Source of the DNA: Mytilus trossulus
Lineage: Eukaryota
DNA: 64,000 bases
Reading direction: 5' to 3'
Assembly (NCBI RefSeq): GCF_036588685.1
Contig: NC_086374.1
Location: 10,726,001-10,790,000, forward strand
Below the pieces are notes generated by a model. That model worked only from the letters and a program-made list of their open reading frames with translations. It ran no database searches and was not told the DNA's origin. A program made the translations under genes and the position numbers. Shown here one piece after another: positions 36,558 through 51,140 of this stretch. Each line of letters begins with the position of its first letter. The first letter of the stretch is position 1.

Positions 36558-39490
36558 TGAATTATTATTTAGAAAGCTTATTGTTCGTTCTTTTTATGTA
36601 GAATGTTCGTCGATTATCAAGCGATTTTGTCGTTTAAGGTAACGACATTTTTTTTTATCAATTTAAACTGTATGTAATGTAGATCATTCTAGAAATTAAA
36701 AACATTAAACAGTTGACCAAAACCACACCATATGCATATAGGCATACATTTTCCTTTCTTTTATTTATCAGCGAATTATAGCTATGTCCAAAACAAACAA
36801 AAATCAACCAAAACACAAGCAATAGTATATAACATAATATACAACAAATTAAACACTGAAAAACACGAATCCCATCAAAAATCAGATATGTCTCCGCTGT
36901 CCCGGAAAAGGTAGCAGATTATTAGTGTAATTCGGTATATCCAATTTGAGTAAAAGAGGGATACATAGCCATCCTCAGTGAAACAGATATTCAATAAGGG
37001 CCGACCATTTTGTGATATCGTCCGTAAAGTTTTGAAGGGACTATGTTAGCTTTACTACTTAAATACTCTTATTCTTTGTAACAGATGTCTTTTTTATTGG
37101 TGATTTTGTATCACTTTACCACTCATAATTTTCTCTTTCCAATGCCTTTATGAATTACAACAATAATACTAGCGTATAATTGCATTCTATCAATATCTGT
37201 ATTTTTTTTAATTTTTAAAACATGTATATAATGCATTTAATTGAATAGAAAAATGTTCGTTGACAAAATTACGCATTATCATACAAAAAGAAATAAATAA
37301 AAAAACGAAAAGAGGGGCGAAAGATACCAGAGGGATATTCAAACTTATAGATATAAAAAAACTGACAAAATATGTTTTATTTCCAATAATTGCAGTAAAT
37401 GATTATTTCATTTAAGCACATATTTCATTACTATGATCGTGCTGTAATAATTCTAGTAATTTACTATAAGTATATGTTCAGTAGCTATATAATGCTATTA
37501 TCATACTGTAAAATTAACTAAATATTTCATCGTATATGATACATTTTATTATTCCTGCGGCGGTCACTGGTGGTTAACTGCGGTCACAAAAGATAATATA
37601 GCTAATCAAATACGGTTTGTATGTGTTTTGAACACCGCTGTACAACTGCTTATAGATTTGAAACGTAAACTTGTATCGTTATTTCACAAAAGTTGCCTCT
37701 GATCTTTCTTACTGATAATTTTCCTTTCTAGGTAGAGTAGATTGATATGTCAAATTATCACTAGAAACTTAGGGCACACGTGCCGTTGTCAATGAAATTA
37801 ACAACGTCGTCATTGGTAAAATAGCTATTAACAGATTATCGTTGGTCATCTCATTTCGAATGCTCTCTCACTTTTGCCGTACCGACTCAAGCGAGAAAAT
37901 CAATCTCGTTGAGGTGACCAACGATAATCTATACATTGTAACTACGAGTTAGATTAAGTATCTGGATAATGAGTTATTAACAGACAAAAAAGATTAAATG
38001 ACAAATAACAACAACAAAAATAACACAGAAATCAATCATTGATTTATATAAAAAAAAAAGGAAGTGGTTTGATTGCCAAAGAGACAGTGTCCCAACTTCG
38101 ACAAAATGACTTAGAATTAGAAGTTAGCAACTCTAGGTCGAAGAGGGCCTTGTTTTATGAGCAAAGCCAAAACCGCATATAAAGATGATACAAAAAATCA
38201 CCGAATTGACAGAATGAAAAGCAATTCAAACGAGAAAACAAGTTATATTAATGATTAAGCAATTCACTAAAAACACCTATAACAGACAACTCGAAACGAT
38301 AAACTCTGAATTAAATATGCATAATTTTTCTGAATTAAACATTTAAGCAAACCGGAAATTCTCAAAAATACATGTTAAAGAGGTGTTAAAGCACAGCGTA
38401 GAATCACTATGTAAAAATAAATTGGAAATGGCTTGACACATAAGATCGGCACTATCCACAAAACACAACTAATTAAACTACCACATACACAAGGTAGCAA
38501 TCTAAGGGAACTCGTAGAAGATGCAAGTTAGATTGAAGCCGATAAAAACTAATAAGTCAATCATGTTTACCAGAGATAAATGCTTAACCCTAGCATATTA
38601 TTAAATTGAACGCATATGTATGTTTTTTTCTTATAGAGTTTTCTTATTAAATGACATTTATTAAATTTTAATAGAATAACAAACATTTGTTGACCTTCAA
38701 AGTATACCATATATTTGTAAAATTGAATATTTAAATGGCAGGATTTTGACAAAAATACGTGCAGGAGAATTAGTTGATATTTCATCAAACGCTTTTACCA
38801 ACATGTATATAAGTAAACACAGTGCTAAGCATTTATCTTATTTTAATTATACCACCATTTTAGTTTAAATATAAAATGATATGACGTCCTAACATTTCAT
38901 GATGTCTATTAAGTTAATGATTCGAAAATGTAAGTGTTAAACATTAGCACAGATAACATCTGAGCGTTATTATGTCTAAGTAGGTTTCTCATGTTTCCGT
39001 TTGTATATACATTATATATAATATCTTTATCTGTGATTGCCTTACTATATGTTATGACCAATCTTCAGCTCAATCTCGACTTCAAGTGGAATTTTTTGAG
39101 TCATGAATTCAGTTGACTAAAATGTATGTGACGTGTTGTCCGTAATTACATAGTTCTTCATGCTATTATCCCAGACATATTCTACAAATTGTATCTTGTA
39201 AACTGTTCCACATTCTCCAAATTATAACTTGTAAACTGCACTAAACAGCTGATCATTTCGGATCACTGATTATTCTGTATATACATTTATGGTTTAACAT
39301 AGAGGAACATTATATGACGAAATACAAACATGAACAAAATCTGTCTTTTTAAGATGGCTAAAGAATGCTATTTTATGTTGCACATAAACTTTTTGAGGAT
39401 TTGTATCATAACATGTTTTGTAAATTTGAAAACAAATCTGTGAAAATAAATTGTCAAAGCAATTAGTGTGTATATAATTTGCGTTTATTA

Positions 39491-39660
39491 GCCAATATTG
39501 TTGAGTGGTCTAGCGTGCCAGGGATAATGTGAGGCGATTTGGTGTCACGATATATCAGTAGTATGATTTCGAATCTCAATCATGGAAGAACAAAAATTTG
39601 ATTCCGCAATTAACAGATCTAACATTGTTTGGCTGTTTATTAGACGAATTATATACAGAA
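39491..39660 (+). mobile_element. Decayed tRNA-head SINE-like relic
   Basis: A-box-like TTGTTGAGTGGTCTAG and B-box-like ATTTCGAATCT. Confidence 0.4.
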
Positions 39661-41291
39661 TGTGTTTTTAGCTTTGTATCACCATCAATAGTGATCTGAT
39701 GGATGAAAAGTGTCGTAGAGTTATCATTGGTTCCGACGTAAATGTAGTTGAATGTTATAGACGTGGATGCATTTGGCGATAAATGTTTGCACTATTATAA
39801 TGACTACGACTTCTTATTCTAATTTGGTGTTATTCAATTGATTCAGTAGTGAAAAAAAATGGAATAAGGAAGGGTTTTTGGCAAGCCTTATTGTTAAAAC
39901 ATTGGTCTTTTTGCTGGTTTCGCAATAAAACTTTTAAGCTAGAATTCCAGCGAAAATACAAATATACTGAGCACATGTGCAATCCAAAAATTAATTAAAG
40001 ATACAAGGCTTATATAGTGTATACACCAGACGGTTATAAGGATATCATCAGTAACACTCGATTCAAATTAATAATAAATTACAAAGGCAAAGCGGTCAGA
40101 AGTTGAAGACATTGCGAACTTAGAAACATATGCGCCATGCATATGAACCCAATGGGGTTAAATAAATGTCACCCATGAAACTAATGTATCAGTTAGATAC
40201 ACAGCTCGTTGTTTGGCAGACATTAAGTGATTCTTTCTTTGAATCACTTTCTATGTGAAGTTGACTTTGGAAGTAGGAATTCACTCAATTTCTACAAACA
40301 CCTAGAAAATAATTATTTCGTGTAGTATCAATGATCTCTAAGAATCAAATTTTCAACAAATTAAATAGATGAAAAAAATGCCAATTTTTCCAAAAATATC
40401 TACAGTTTTCTAGATTAAAAGAACACATGAATACCAGATAATGAAGAACAAACACTTCTCAAATAAGTAAACATTTCACATTTGAATTATGTGACTGTTC
40501 GGATAGACTTATTATAGTAAGATTGCAAGCTTTCGCTTTGGCTATAATTTTTTAAGTTTAAAACAATGGATATTAGTTTTGATTTGCAACTTTTAATGAT
40601 CGGAAAACGTGTTGTGAAACAGGACAATTATTTCTATTCTTCCTTTAATTATCCATTTTAATTACTGATCGAGACGCTTTAAGATTTCTTAATCGATTTA
40701 ATTAGCATCTTTATATTATTTGCATCAGCCTTGTATTCAAGTACAGATAATTAAGTGTGACATGATGTACACAATGTACAGGTTTATAATAACTAAGTAT
40801 TTTAACAGTTACTATTGCCTTTGTAGTACATACTTTTGACCTTATAATACTTATTATTGCGCTTTTTATCCTTACTAGTAGTACTTACTCCGTGCAAACG
40901 CATCGTTTAAGTTTTTTTCAGGGTGATTGGCTTGTGTTGTTTGTGCTTTTTTGTTTTATTGTGTTTTGTTTTTTTATTTTGTGATGTGTTTGTAAAATGA
41001 TTGTCCTATAGCATAAAAAAATACCCATTCATAATTTTAAAACCATTCGTTTTTCGTTAATTGTTTTACACAAATAAGGCTGTTAGTTTTCTCGTTTGAA
41101 TTGTTTTAGATTTTCATGATCATTTTGGGGCCTTTTATAGCTCACTATGCGGTATGAGCTCTGTTCATTGTTGAAGGCCGTACGGTGACCCATAGTTGTT
41201 AATTTATGTCATTTTGGTCTCTTATGGACAGTTGAAATCATGCCACATCTTCTTTTTTTTATTTTTATTTTTAAGATTATTTTAATACCTT

Positions 41292-41852
41292 GTATTATAC
41301 TGCAATCAGTTATTTTACTATACAGATAAAGCTATACGTATAAACGTTAGCTTTATACGTCAATGACCTCAACTAACCTATAAACCCCGCCTTCTTACCA
41401 GAACTACTGTATTTCATCAACAACGTCACGTCACAACCATGACAACGTGTAGTAACAATGGTCAAACTTTTATGAATTTAAACTTGTTATGTCTTTAAAT
41501 TGGTGATTTATATACCATTTTTATTAAATGTTATTAAGTTCATTATCTTTCTAATTCCTTAAAATGGCAATGTCTTACTGTCTGAACTACGGTCATAGGT
41601 AACTACCCCAAAAAGGTACCCAAAGAGTGAAAATCTAAACACTTTTTTTCAATATATGTTACATACATTTTTTTAATTTTAATTTTTTATTTTTTTCAGT
41701 ATAAAAACAATATACGTATAGTGTCTTGAAATATGAAATTTATTTGTATTCGGCACGAAACAGGGGAAATACTCGGTAGAACCTCGCATTTCCCCCGTTT
41801 CTAAGCCTCATACAAATAAATTTCATATTTCAAGACACTATACGTATATTGT
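41292..41852. mobile_element. Hairpin-ended element
   Basis: 146-bp hairpin at 41707-41852 with about 40-bp perfect outer arms and centre CTCGGTAGAACCTCG. CAGTATAA next to it is inverted relative to TTATACTG near 41295. Confidence 0.7.
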
Positions 41853-42109
41853 CTATATATAAATAAGCATGTTCTTTAGCTTGTCAACTTTATACTTCTA
41901 TTAAGTATGGTAATCCATTCGTTTGATGTGTTTGAATTTTCCCTCTTATGTTCTTGAGAGAGAAAACAAAAAAATGAATCTTTAACATTTAATCAATGAT
42001 ATACAACAAAATTGTCAATGTCATGTTTAGTATAGAGGGCATATGCTTTATAAAATAAATTCTATTGTTTTCCTTTATTTCATATACCCTAGCTATAGCC
42101 ATTTACTAT

Positions 42110-42457
42110 TTTTGTGTGCTTATTTTCTTTGTATCTATTTTTTTTTTAATTTTTATAGTGATTTAAAAGATATAACGTAATGTTGACTGTTGTACCCTAT
42201 TTTTAACATGTTTTCCTATTATGTCTTTTTGGGTTTGTCAATATACTGGAATTAAATGCGATAAGTGAGACGTTTAGCTAATTATCAAACCAGGTTTAAG
42301 TTACCCTTTTTTCATAAGAAAATGCCTGAACCAAGTCAGGAAAAATGACAGTTGGTATCCATTCGTATAATTGTTTGAGCTTTTGATTTTTGCCATTTGA
42401 TTAAGATTTTTCCGTTTCAAATTTTCTTCGGAGTTTTTTTTGTGATTTTACTCTTTA
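42110..42457 (+). mobile_element. Decayed family-B element with twister remnant (about 42265-42355)
   Basis: GTGAGACGTTTAGCTA...AAACCAGGTTTAA...GCCTG AACCAAGT CAGG A...ATGACAGTTG followed by the standard tail. Confidence 0.6.
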
Positions 42458-43912
42458 CTGACAAAATTTTACTACCATCCTATACACGACTTATTTATAA
42501 AACTCATTTCTAAGTGAAGTGATTTGCTTATTGACTGTATAACTGTATGGATGGCATTGTTGATGCACATTTAAAAACTATATTTGATTCTTGTCTTTAC
42601 TGTTGGTATATTGTTCATACAATAAAAAAAGTATAATTATTAAGTGTGGTTTTATTTTCATATCAAGAATTGTCAATATGACAGGTTTCTTGTTTTTGTC
42701 GGGATGCTTTTCAAAAAATATTTCTTCAGTTTCCAACTTTGCGGTCTGTATCATCTTTTGTGGTTCCTTTCTTTACAGTATAAGTGTTTGACCTGCCGTT
42801 TAATATGGATACTAACGTGTCTCAGGCATTATGTTTTATACACTTTCTACCTTATGAACCTTTGTGCATCCAGTTATTGGTTTTTACAAAGATATCACAC
42901 ATACTATTCAACTCTATCAGTTTCATAGTTTTAAGGAAAACTACGACTCAATGTTTAATTCTTGCCTGACAACAACTTTTTTTCCCAATATAAACCTAAA
43001 TAAAAATCTATTAAAAACCCAACATTATAGGGCTGTAATTATTCTGTAGCTCTAGTAACAGTCGTCTTTGACTTTTCGTCCAGAAATAAGAAATGGGAAA
43101 TAAAGACAAAAGAAATAATGAAAGTCTAAATAAACAAAGGTGTAGAAAAGAAATTGATATAACAAGATAAAAAACTATGCGTGTTGGTAGTCATAAATCT
43201 AGTAGAAGCAAAACTACAAACATACTGAACTCCGAAGAAAGTGATTCTATGTTCTCTGAATTAGCATTTACAATCTGTTTACATTTGTTGACAATGTTAC
43301 ATATTACCGGACTTGTTTCTGTCAATAAGATAATAACCTTTAATAACGACTTTTATGTTAAAATATGTCATTCTAAAGCGCTATATAATCACAGCTTATA
43401 CGGTAATAATATTGTTTTGACAAATGCTAGTTGAAAGAAATACAAAGAAATCTATTATAATGAAAGTAATCACCTTGATTAGCAGCGATATTCTCCTATG
43501 CAGAACATTATATGTGTATTTATGGCCAAAGAAACCTGAATTAATGGCATCGATAATGGAGAAATTACAAAATTTTTGACTATAGAACCCAATTATTTGA
43601 CAAGCAATGTGCATGAAATAAAGCTTCAAACACAACAACAAACAATAATTACAAAAAAAGACGGAATATGGTATGTATAAATCAGAAATTCGGCGATAGC
43701 CTGGTGTATCTAATTAACACAAAGATAATATGGTTTATGCCGAATGATAGATTTTAATAATTTAGTAGCAGTCTTATAGCAATTTGATATTATTTAATGG
43801 TAAAGAGTAATAAAAGCAGAATATTCAATTACATTTCATGAAATCTAAGTGTAAACATGAAGTAAAAAAACACTCTTTGATGCAAACACTACCTCGCTGT
43901 TAATTACCAGGG

Positions 43913-44194
43913 TTGCGTTCAATATCGTAGCGGCTACATATGGCTACGTACATTTATGACTATTTGTAACTAGCCTAGAGGCTAAATAGTACTAATAGCA
44001 TATAAGCTAGCTACTCGTTAAGTAGATAAAAATCTACGTAGCACTATATTGCGTTCAATATCGTAGCGGCTACATATGGCTAAGTACATTTATGACTATT
44101 TGTAACTAGCCTAGAGGCTACATAGTATTAATAGCATATAAGCTAGCTACTCGTTAAGTAGATAAAAATCTACGTAGCACTATATTGAACGCAA
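43913..44194. mobile_element. MITE duplicated in tandem (136-bp period)
   Basis: TIR TTGCGTTCAATAT / ATATTGAACGCAA; near-identical units start at 43913 and 44049. Confidence 0.85.
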
Positions 44195-45358
44195 GTAGGT
44201 AGACACTTCTATCGTATAGAAAACTTGTTATCATCCGAATACAAACATTTGACTGAATACATCAGCCGCTCGGAAACATAAATCATAATGTTTTATTGTG
44301 TCTAGTATCGACATATGACGTTATTGAAATATCTCTATCAAAATACAAACTCAAAAAAAGGGCAATTTAACGAAAACGTGCAAAATCTATTGTAAATTCA
44401 AAATGCTCAATGTTTATTTTAACATGTGCATATCAGAGGCTGTTCTATAGGAAAACAAAGTAAAACAAAACATCTACGACACCACGAATGTACTACAATT
44501 AAATGTTGTCAACAGTCATCAATAATGAATAATGCACCAAATACACATCAAACGTGTTAGAACAAATTCAAACTACATAAATGGATAAAGTTTAACAAAG
44601 TTTAGATAATCGCATTATAAAGACAGGTCCCAAGTACACACAGTACATCTATAAATTTGCTTTACATGCGTCATAAAGAAACTGCAAAGAAGGACCAGAT
44701 TTAAATAATATGTTATAGAGATAATAATTTTGCTCAAAATATAATGACATGAGAAATACACAATCACCGAACTCTGAAATGTAAGATTAGTTTGTTCCTT
44801 TTTCAGTTTAATAAAAAGAACAGACCGAACCAACTATTCGCCAAATGGCAGCATGTTCGTTTCTGTGTTGATTACACGTCAATTGATATCAAATCATCGA
44901 AAGCGATGATCAAATAACAGTGGCATGTAAATGAAATGATGATAGAATTACTGACCTACTATATTGGTAATTTAAATCAACTGTCACAATATATCTGTAA
45001 CCTGCCAAACAGTTTGTTCTAATACCACTCTGTCCATACAGCGATATGTAATGTCCGATTGAAAATCTTAGCATTGACCGTTTACATCATACAGATGTAC
45101 AATATTTTGTTGTATGTATTTAACCAAGAAAACAAGCAGTTGAAACACTGCAATTATAGTCTCTCTTAACTTTTTCTTAAACTCTTATACCTAGTTCAAT
45201 ATAAATTTGACAAGAACTTCCAATCAATTGAGTTCCAACTAAGGAAATTTATAATTTACATTTGATCTTGAACTATTATACTATTAGTTAGTACAATGTT
45301 TTCCCTTCACCACGTACAACAGTTATATGTAACTGATAGTGTATGTTAGGCGTCTCTG

Positions 45359-46252
45359 TAACTGTGCCCCTCTACTTGCCGACTTATTTCTTTATTATTA
45401 TGAGGCTGACTTCATGCAGGAACTACTTAGGAAGAAAGATAAGAAGTTAGCAATACCCTTTAACTTTACTTTCCGCTATATAGATGATGTTCTTTTACTA
45501 AATAATTCAAAATTTGGTATCTATGTGGAACGTATCGATCCCATTGAACTAAAGATACAGGATACTACAGATACAGTTAATTCGGCTTCATATCTTAACT
45601 TACATCTAGAAATTGACAATGAGGGTCGGTTGAAAACAAAACTTTACGACAAAAGAGATGATTTCAGCTTTCCAATTGTGCACTTTCCATTTCTAAGTAG
45701 CAACATTCCAGCAGCACCTGCATACGGGGTATATATCTCCCAATTGATACGATATTCCCGCGCTTGCATTTCCTATCATGATTTTCTTGATAGAGGTTTG
45801 CTGCTCACAATGACGCTATTAAACCAAGAGTTTCAAATGGGGCAGTTGAAATCATCCCTTCGTAGATTTTACGATCGCAATCACGAGTTGGTTGACCGTT
45901 ATGGAATAACCGTTTCACAAATGATATCGGATATGTTCCTTACGTCGTAACTACAATCCACTTCCCTTTCATGAATGTGACCTACCGAATTAAGACTATT
46001 TACCGGATTTGTTATCACATCAGCAACACGACGGGTGCCACATGTGGAGCAGGATCTGCTTACCCTTCCGGAGCACCTGAGATCACCCCTAGCTTTTGGT
46101 TGGGTTCGTGTTGTTTATTCTTTGGTTTTCTTTGTTGTGTCATGTGTACTTTTGTTTGTCTGTTTGTCTTTTTCACTTTTAGCCATAGCGTTGTCAGTTT
46201 GTTTTAGATTTATGAGTTTGACTGTCCCTTTGGTATCTTTCGTCCCTCTTTT
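45359..46252 (+). mobile_element. 5'-truncated Penelope-like retroelement (family 1): RT C-terminal half plus 3' UTR
   Basis: Open frame NCAPLLADLFL (motif B), FRYIDDVL (motif C), SYLNLHL, YDKRDDF, SNIPAAPAYGVYISQLIRY (thumb). The ORF stops at 45950 with no GIY-YIG domain following. Confidence 0.92.
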
Positions 46253-47394
46253 GTATCCATAATTGTAATGATATTCTAACAATGACATTTTGCAATTATG
46301 TGTAAAAAGTATATAGTTTATTCTTAATCGCATATGAAGTTCAAGTTTTTCTACGACCATGGCCATATATGAAAACTTCATCTAGATTTGTTACCAAGTC
46401 ATTATCTAAAAATGCAGGTATCTTCATATTTTTATCCGTTAATATTTAGCGGTTGGTTTTCTTTTGTTTCATTATACATTAAATACACGCATTAATTAAC
46501 GAAATTTTCACTCAGTATTTTACAAGGAGATATTATGAAGACACAAATAAACTGTGACGTGATTTCTAATGTGTTTGTTAATTTTAATTTGAATGATGTT
46601 GCCGCCGAATATAACACTCCCAAGTGTTACATATAATTATCTCAACACGTTTGATAAATAACATTCAAATAATTATCACTCATAGAAAGATAAAATAAAC
46701 GAAAAAGGTTGTCATTAAATTTAGAAAAAAATATGTTTTCAAAACAGAAAGAGACATTTTCGTGTATATGGTCGTCAACTCACACACATTTCTGTAAGTC
46801 TCGTTCCATTGTACTGTATATTTTACTTTAAAAAGAAATAAGCAGCTGGGTGATCGGACCCGATCAAGTCGGTCATTGTCATTTTGTGTACATGTAGAAA
46901 GCCGTAGGTATCGAATGAAATCCATCACATTTTGTATCTTCGGAGCATAAATGCCAATCATTGTCAAAATAAATTATTTTATATTTCTTATGATGGAAAA
47001 AAACGGCACATTAAAGTAACAGTTTCAGTAAAAAGTATGCGAAAACAGGGTTGATTGTTTTATTTATTGATCGATGTCAAATATGATTACTCAGTATAAA
47101 ATAAAAGTAAGAGTTCATGTTCGTTACACTGAATACAACAATAGATCAGTAGCATGAAACCAATAAACAGATGCAAATGCTGTTTTTCAACCATTACAAA
47201 CCCTGTACATATGGATAGATCTTTTTAAAGGTGACCCCATTTTTGCTTGTTTATATCTACATTTATATTTTATGATTTTTTCATAATTGCATCACTAAAT
47301 ATTTGGTTTTGCTCTTGTATTTACTTGAACTTATTGATACAACAAAGTTCATACATAAATAATTATCAAGTATATTTTTAAAAAAAATGATGAT

Positions 47395-47900
47395 GCAAAA
47401 TCTCTCACGACGAGGTGTAAATCAATATGATAGAGTGAAGTCAATCGCGTCGAGCACTTTTACTGTAAATGTGTAGATCTAGCAAAATCAAGTTGAGAAT
47501 TACATGTACATGATCTTGAAATAAAGTCTATCACGTCCAGAAGAAGTACATGTTCACAGTTTAACAAATGTTTTCAAGAAGAGAAGTCATTTGCATCATC
47601 CAGAAAAAAATCTTACGACGGTTAGTAATCTAGCAAAATCTTTCACGACGCGGGTTCATAATTTAGCAAAGTGTCTCACTACGATATGAACATGTCTAAC
47701 AAAACGTCTGACAACGAGATGTACATATCTTACAAAGTGTATGACGATAATATATAAACTTTTAGCATATATAGGGTCTTACTGTACGATGTACATAATC
47801 TAAAAACGTTTCTCACGTAGAATAGTTCATGTACATAATTAGACATAGTGTCTTACTACTAGATCAACACGTTTATAGCAAAGTGTCTCACGACAAGAAG
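47395..47900. repeat. Degenerate minisatellite, about 33-bp unit
   Basis: Units resembling CTAGCAAAATCTCTCACGACGAGATGTACATAA. Confidence 0.6.
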
Positions 47901-47939
47901 CTCGTGTTCATGGTTTTTTTAAAGCAGTACTGTTCTATA

Positions 47940-48520
47940 ATACCTTTGCATTCTTAACAAAAATTCAACATCAAGCTGAATATCCCAATACGTTAATAGT
48001 TGTAAGATTACAATGTTATTATTCCTAGTCCATGTTATGCAGCGAATTATAAACAGGAAAAGCACGAAGCAATTTCTTTTATTTATTATTCTAGAAATGC
48101 TACAAGCAGTCTGTAAAGTACCAATGACAGACATTTCCCTATCATTCAATATACAGTAGACATACATTTCCGTCTTGTTGTACATTAAGAATAACCATTG
48201 TTGTTTTCACTTCCATTAGCTTTTGTTTGAACAAGATCATATAGTCTGGATACGAAGCAGCTTATAGAATCGTTCTCTCATTATGTCATAAAGGTTTGTA
48301 GATTCTTATTTTGAAATATTAATGTGGGAATTAGAGTACTTTCAGAATCCCTTAGCAGTTGTCCCTTGGATAAGTATTAATAACCAATCTTCTGGTATTC
48401 CATTACAAAGTCTGTTTAAAACTAAATAAAATTTGAATTTAAGGACATTTTGGGTATACCCTAGTAATACAACATTGTGAAATACGTATTGTTTACTCAT
48501 GATATTGAATAATTAATCTC
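47940..48520 (-). pseudogene. Possible decayed L1/Tx1-type LINE ORF2 C-terminal fragment
   Basis: Stop-ridden minus-strand translations in the expected order: RLCNGIPEDWLLIL, ERFYKLL, then a zinc-knuckle-like DGNVCLL...CHWYF. Confidence 0.35.
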
Positions 48521-50589
48521 TTTTTAGCTTGCTAAGTTAGAGAAAAACATAAGCTAATGTCATCAGGTGGCGTCTTTTGTACTCATATAGTAAACTATTA
48601 TTTCATTACCCTATACTATGGTAAGGCCTCATCTAATCAATCGAGGTCCCTACTGTTCAGGTTATTGTACAAATTACAAGTCAAATATCGTTTCATTCGG
48701 CCTCCAGTTATATTTTACAACTAATAGTTCAGTGCTTTCAACTATCTCCGTTACTTCTATTAAGAAACTTATCGTAACCTTCATACAAAAAAACACACAC
48801 AGGAAACTAACTACATTGATTATTTATGGTGTAAAGGAATTGTGCATGTTTAAGAAACTTGAAGTTCACTTACGGTTCTACATCTTGTTGATACTTAATA
48901 TATTTTATTATTGCACACGGTAATGTTTTTCAACTAAAGATCCTAAACTTACAGTGTCATCGGAACGCTACTTCGCTTCATTGCCGTTACACCAATGTCA
49001 TTGGTTAAATGCAGCTGGGCGCTCGCCAAAAAAATAACAATTATGATTTGTCGTTTAATGCTGTAAAAATTATCAATATATCATATTTGCCTTTTTGTCA
49101 TTTGGTGTCTGGAGATATGTGATTCATTGAGGAAATGTCCCCAGTTTGTTGATCTTTCGGGTATATTGAAAAGTATAGAATCCTTCATCCTATGGACTAT
49201 TGAAGGAGACACATGGTGCTATAAGTGAGGTTATGTAAATTGATATCTTAAGAAAGACAAAAAAACACAGTAACTAAAATAAAGAGATCAAATAATAAAC
49301 CAAACGTTTACAGAACACTTAACACAAAAGTAAAGATTTAAGAAATAAAACCCACAAAACAAGTGATATAAGTAGTCCATGCTTCCTCCCTTCTTAACTA
49401 ATCTCTTTCTCCAAACAGATCACTATGTATTTTGTAATGTCCTCAAAGTAGCGGATAAAGGAGTATTTCTTTTATACAACAAACACAAAACAGCTTTACT
49501 TTTCTTGTTTCGTTTTTTTAATCCGAATGCAAAATACATATTTCTTTAAATTTTGTTTGCATTTTGTACCTTGTGAATTTTAACACAAATGCACATTGTA
49601 AAATCACAGTTTTTCTACGATAAAGTCCGTTTTTTTTAGAAACGCAAGACAAAATTCATGCAATTTTCAAACAATGGAATCAGCTGTTTTCTTGACGACT
49701 TTAAAGTAAAAACACGTTTTATTTCAAACTGTGCAGCTCTGAAATATGTCAAGTTTAAATCTTAATGATGAAATAGACTACTTGCCTGCAGCTTGCCTCT
49801 TAAACGTATTCAAACCAAATTTTGCAGAATTGATTAGATTTACTGTCGAAAATAATTTTCAAATTATAAATAGCTCCATTTAATTGCGAACAACTTATTA
49901 ATAATTGATGTATGCTCAATATATAAGATGTAATCGAAATAATGACATTTCACACATTACTAAGTCTGATTGTCTGCAAATGAAAAAAACTGTCAAACTA
50001 CAGCTTATTTTGATAAATGATATTCTACTACATTGGAGACATAGTATAAAACATCAGATTTGATAAAATATAAATCGTTGTATTATGTAATTGTTTTCCA
50101 AAAGATAAACAAAAGATCTGTATGTACGATAAGGGACCCAAATAAATAGTTTTAGATTTATATCGTGTAAATATGCTAAGTAAGGGTATTTTAAAGTATC
50201 GGCTATTGTATTATTCTGTTTCCAACCTTTCTGATTGTGAGATTGTTTAAAAGGAATATGTGCCAGTCATGTTTCAGTGATTTCTTAATTATTTTTACAA
50301 AAAGGGGATCTTTTCAACTATTTCAAAACGTTATACTACGACATATGCATATTGTGCAACTGCAGTCTTTAGTTTTTATTTTTATATCCACATTATAATG
50401 AATGCGACAAATTTTACATTCGTTACAAGATAATAAACGGTTGTGTTCCATTATTTATTTTGCAAATTCACATAGAGTGTTTACATATTCTTACCTGATC
50501 AATGACCATAAACGGACACTTAATTTGTGAGTCTATTCAAAAACACCTATCTGTAGATGGACTGGTATATGATTAGTAAACAGGTACGA

Positions 50590-51140
50590 GTGAAATAGAT
50601 CAAGTACTAGTAATAGGTTGCACCATTCCAGCACAGCGCCTACATGGTGGGTACTTTATTTATTCTCAGTTGTTACGACTTTCTGGGCTTGTTTTTTCCT
50701 ATCATGCTTTTTATTGACAGAGGGTTGCTGCTCACAAGAAAGCCATTGAACCATGTATTCCGAGTGTTGAAGTTCAAATAATCCCTTCGTAAGTTTTACG
50801 ACCGCCACTCGAAAAAAGTTAAATCACAAAAATACTGAACTCCGAGGAAAATTCTTAACGTAAAATGCCTAATCAAATGACAAAATTAAAGGATACAACA
50901 CTCAAACGAGTGGGCAACAATTGTTATATTCCTGAGTTGGAACAGGCCTTTTCAAATGTAGAAATTAGTGAATGGAACCTGGTTTTATAACACTAAACCT
51001 CTTTCGAAGTTGATCATCAGGATATATTTTTTTCAAAGATGACAACGAATATGTTTTAATTGTTGTAATATCGTCCCCCTTCATACGGTTGTTCCTCACT
51101 TTTACGTTAGCAACACGATCGGTGCCACATGTGGAGTATT
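50590..51140 (+). mobile_element. Decayed PLE family 1 3' fragment split by a minus-strand family-B element (about 50811-51003)
   Basis: IPAQ..AY..., DRGLLLTRKPLN, LRKFYDRH, then GCAACACGATCGGTGCCACATGTGGAG after the insert. Confidence 0.65.

Noticed and set aside
42540-43060. Cluster of short ORFs as a gene
   Set aside because: All frames are interrupted and there is no recognisable domain or consistent splice structure.
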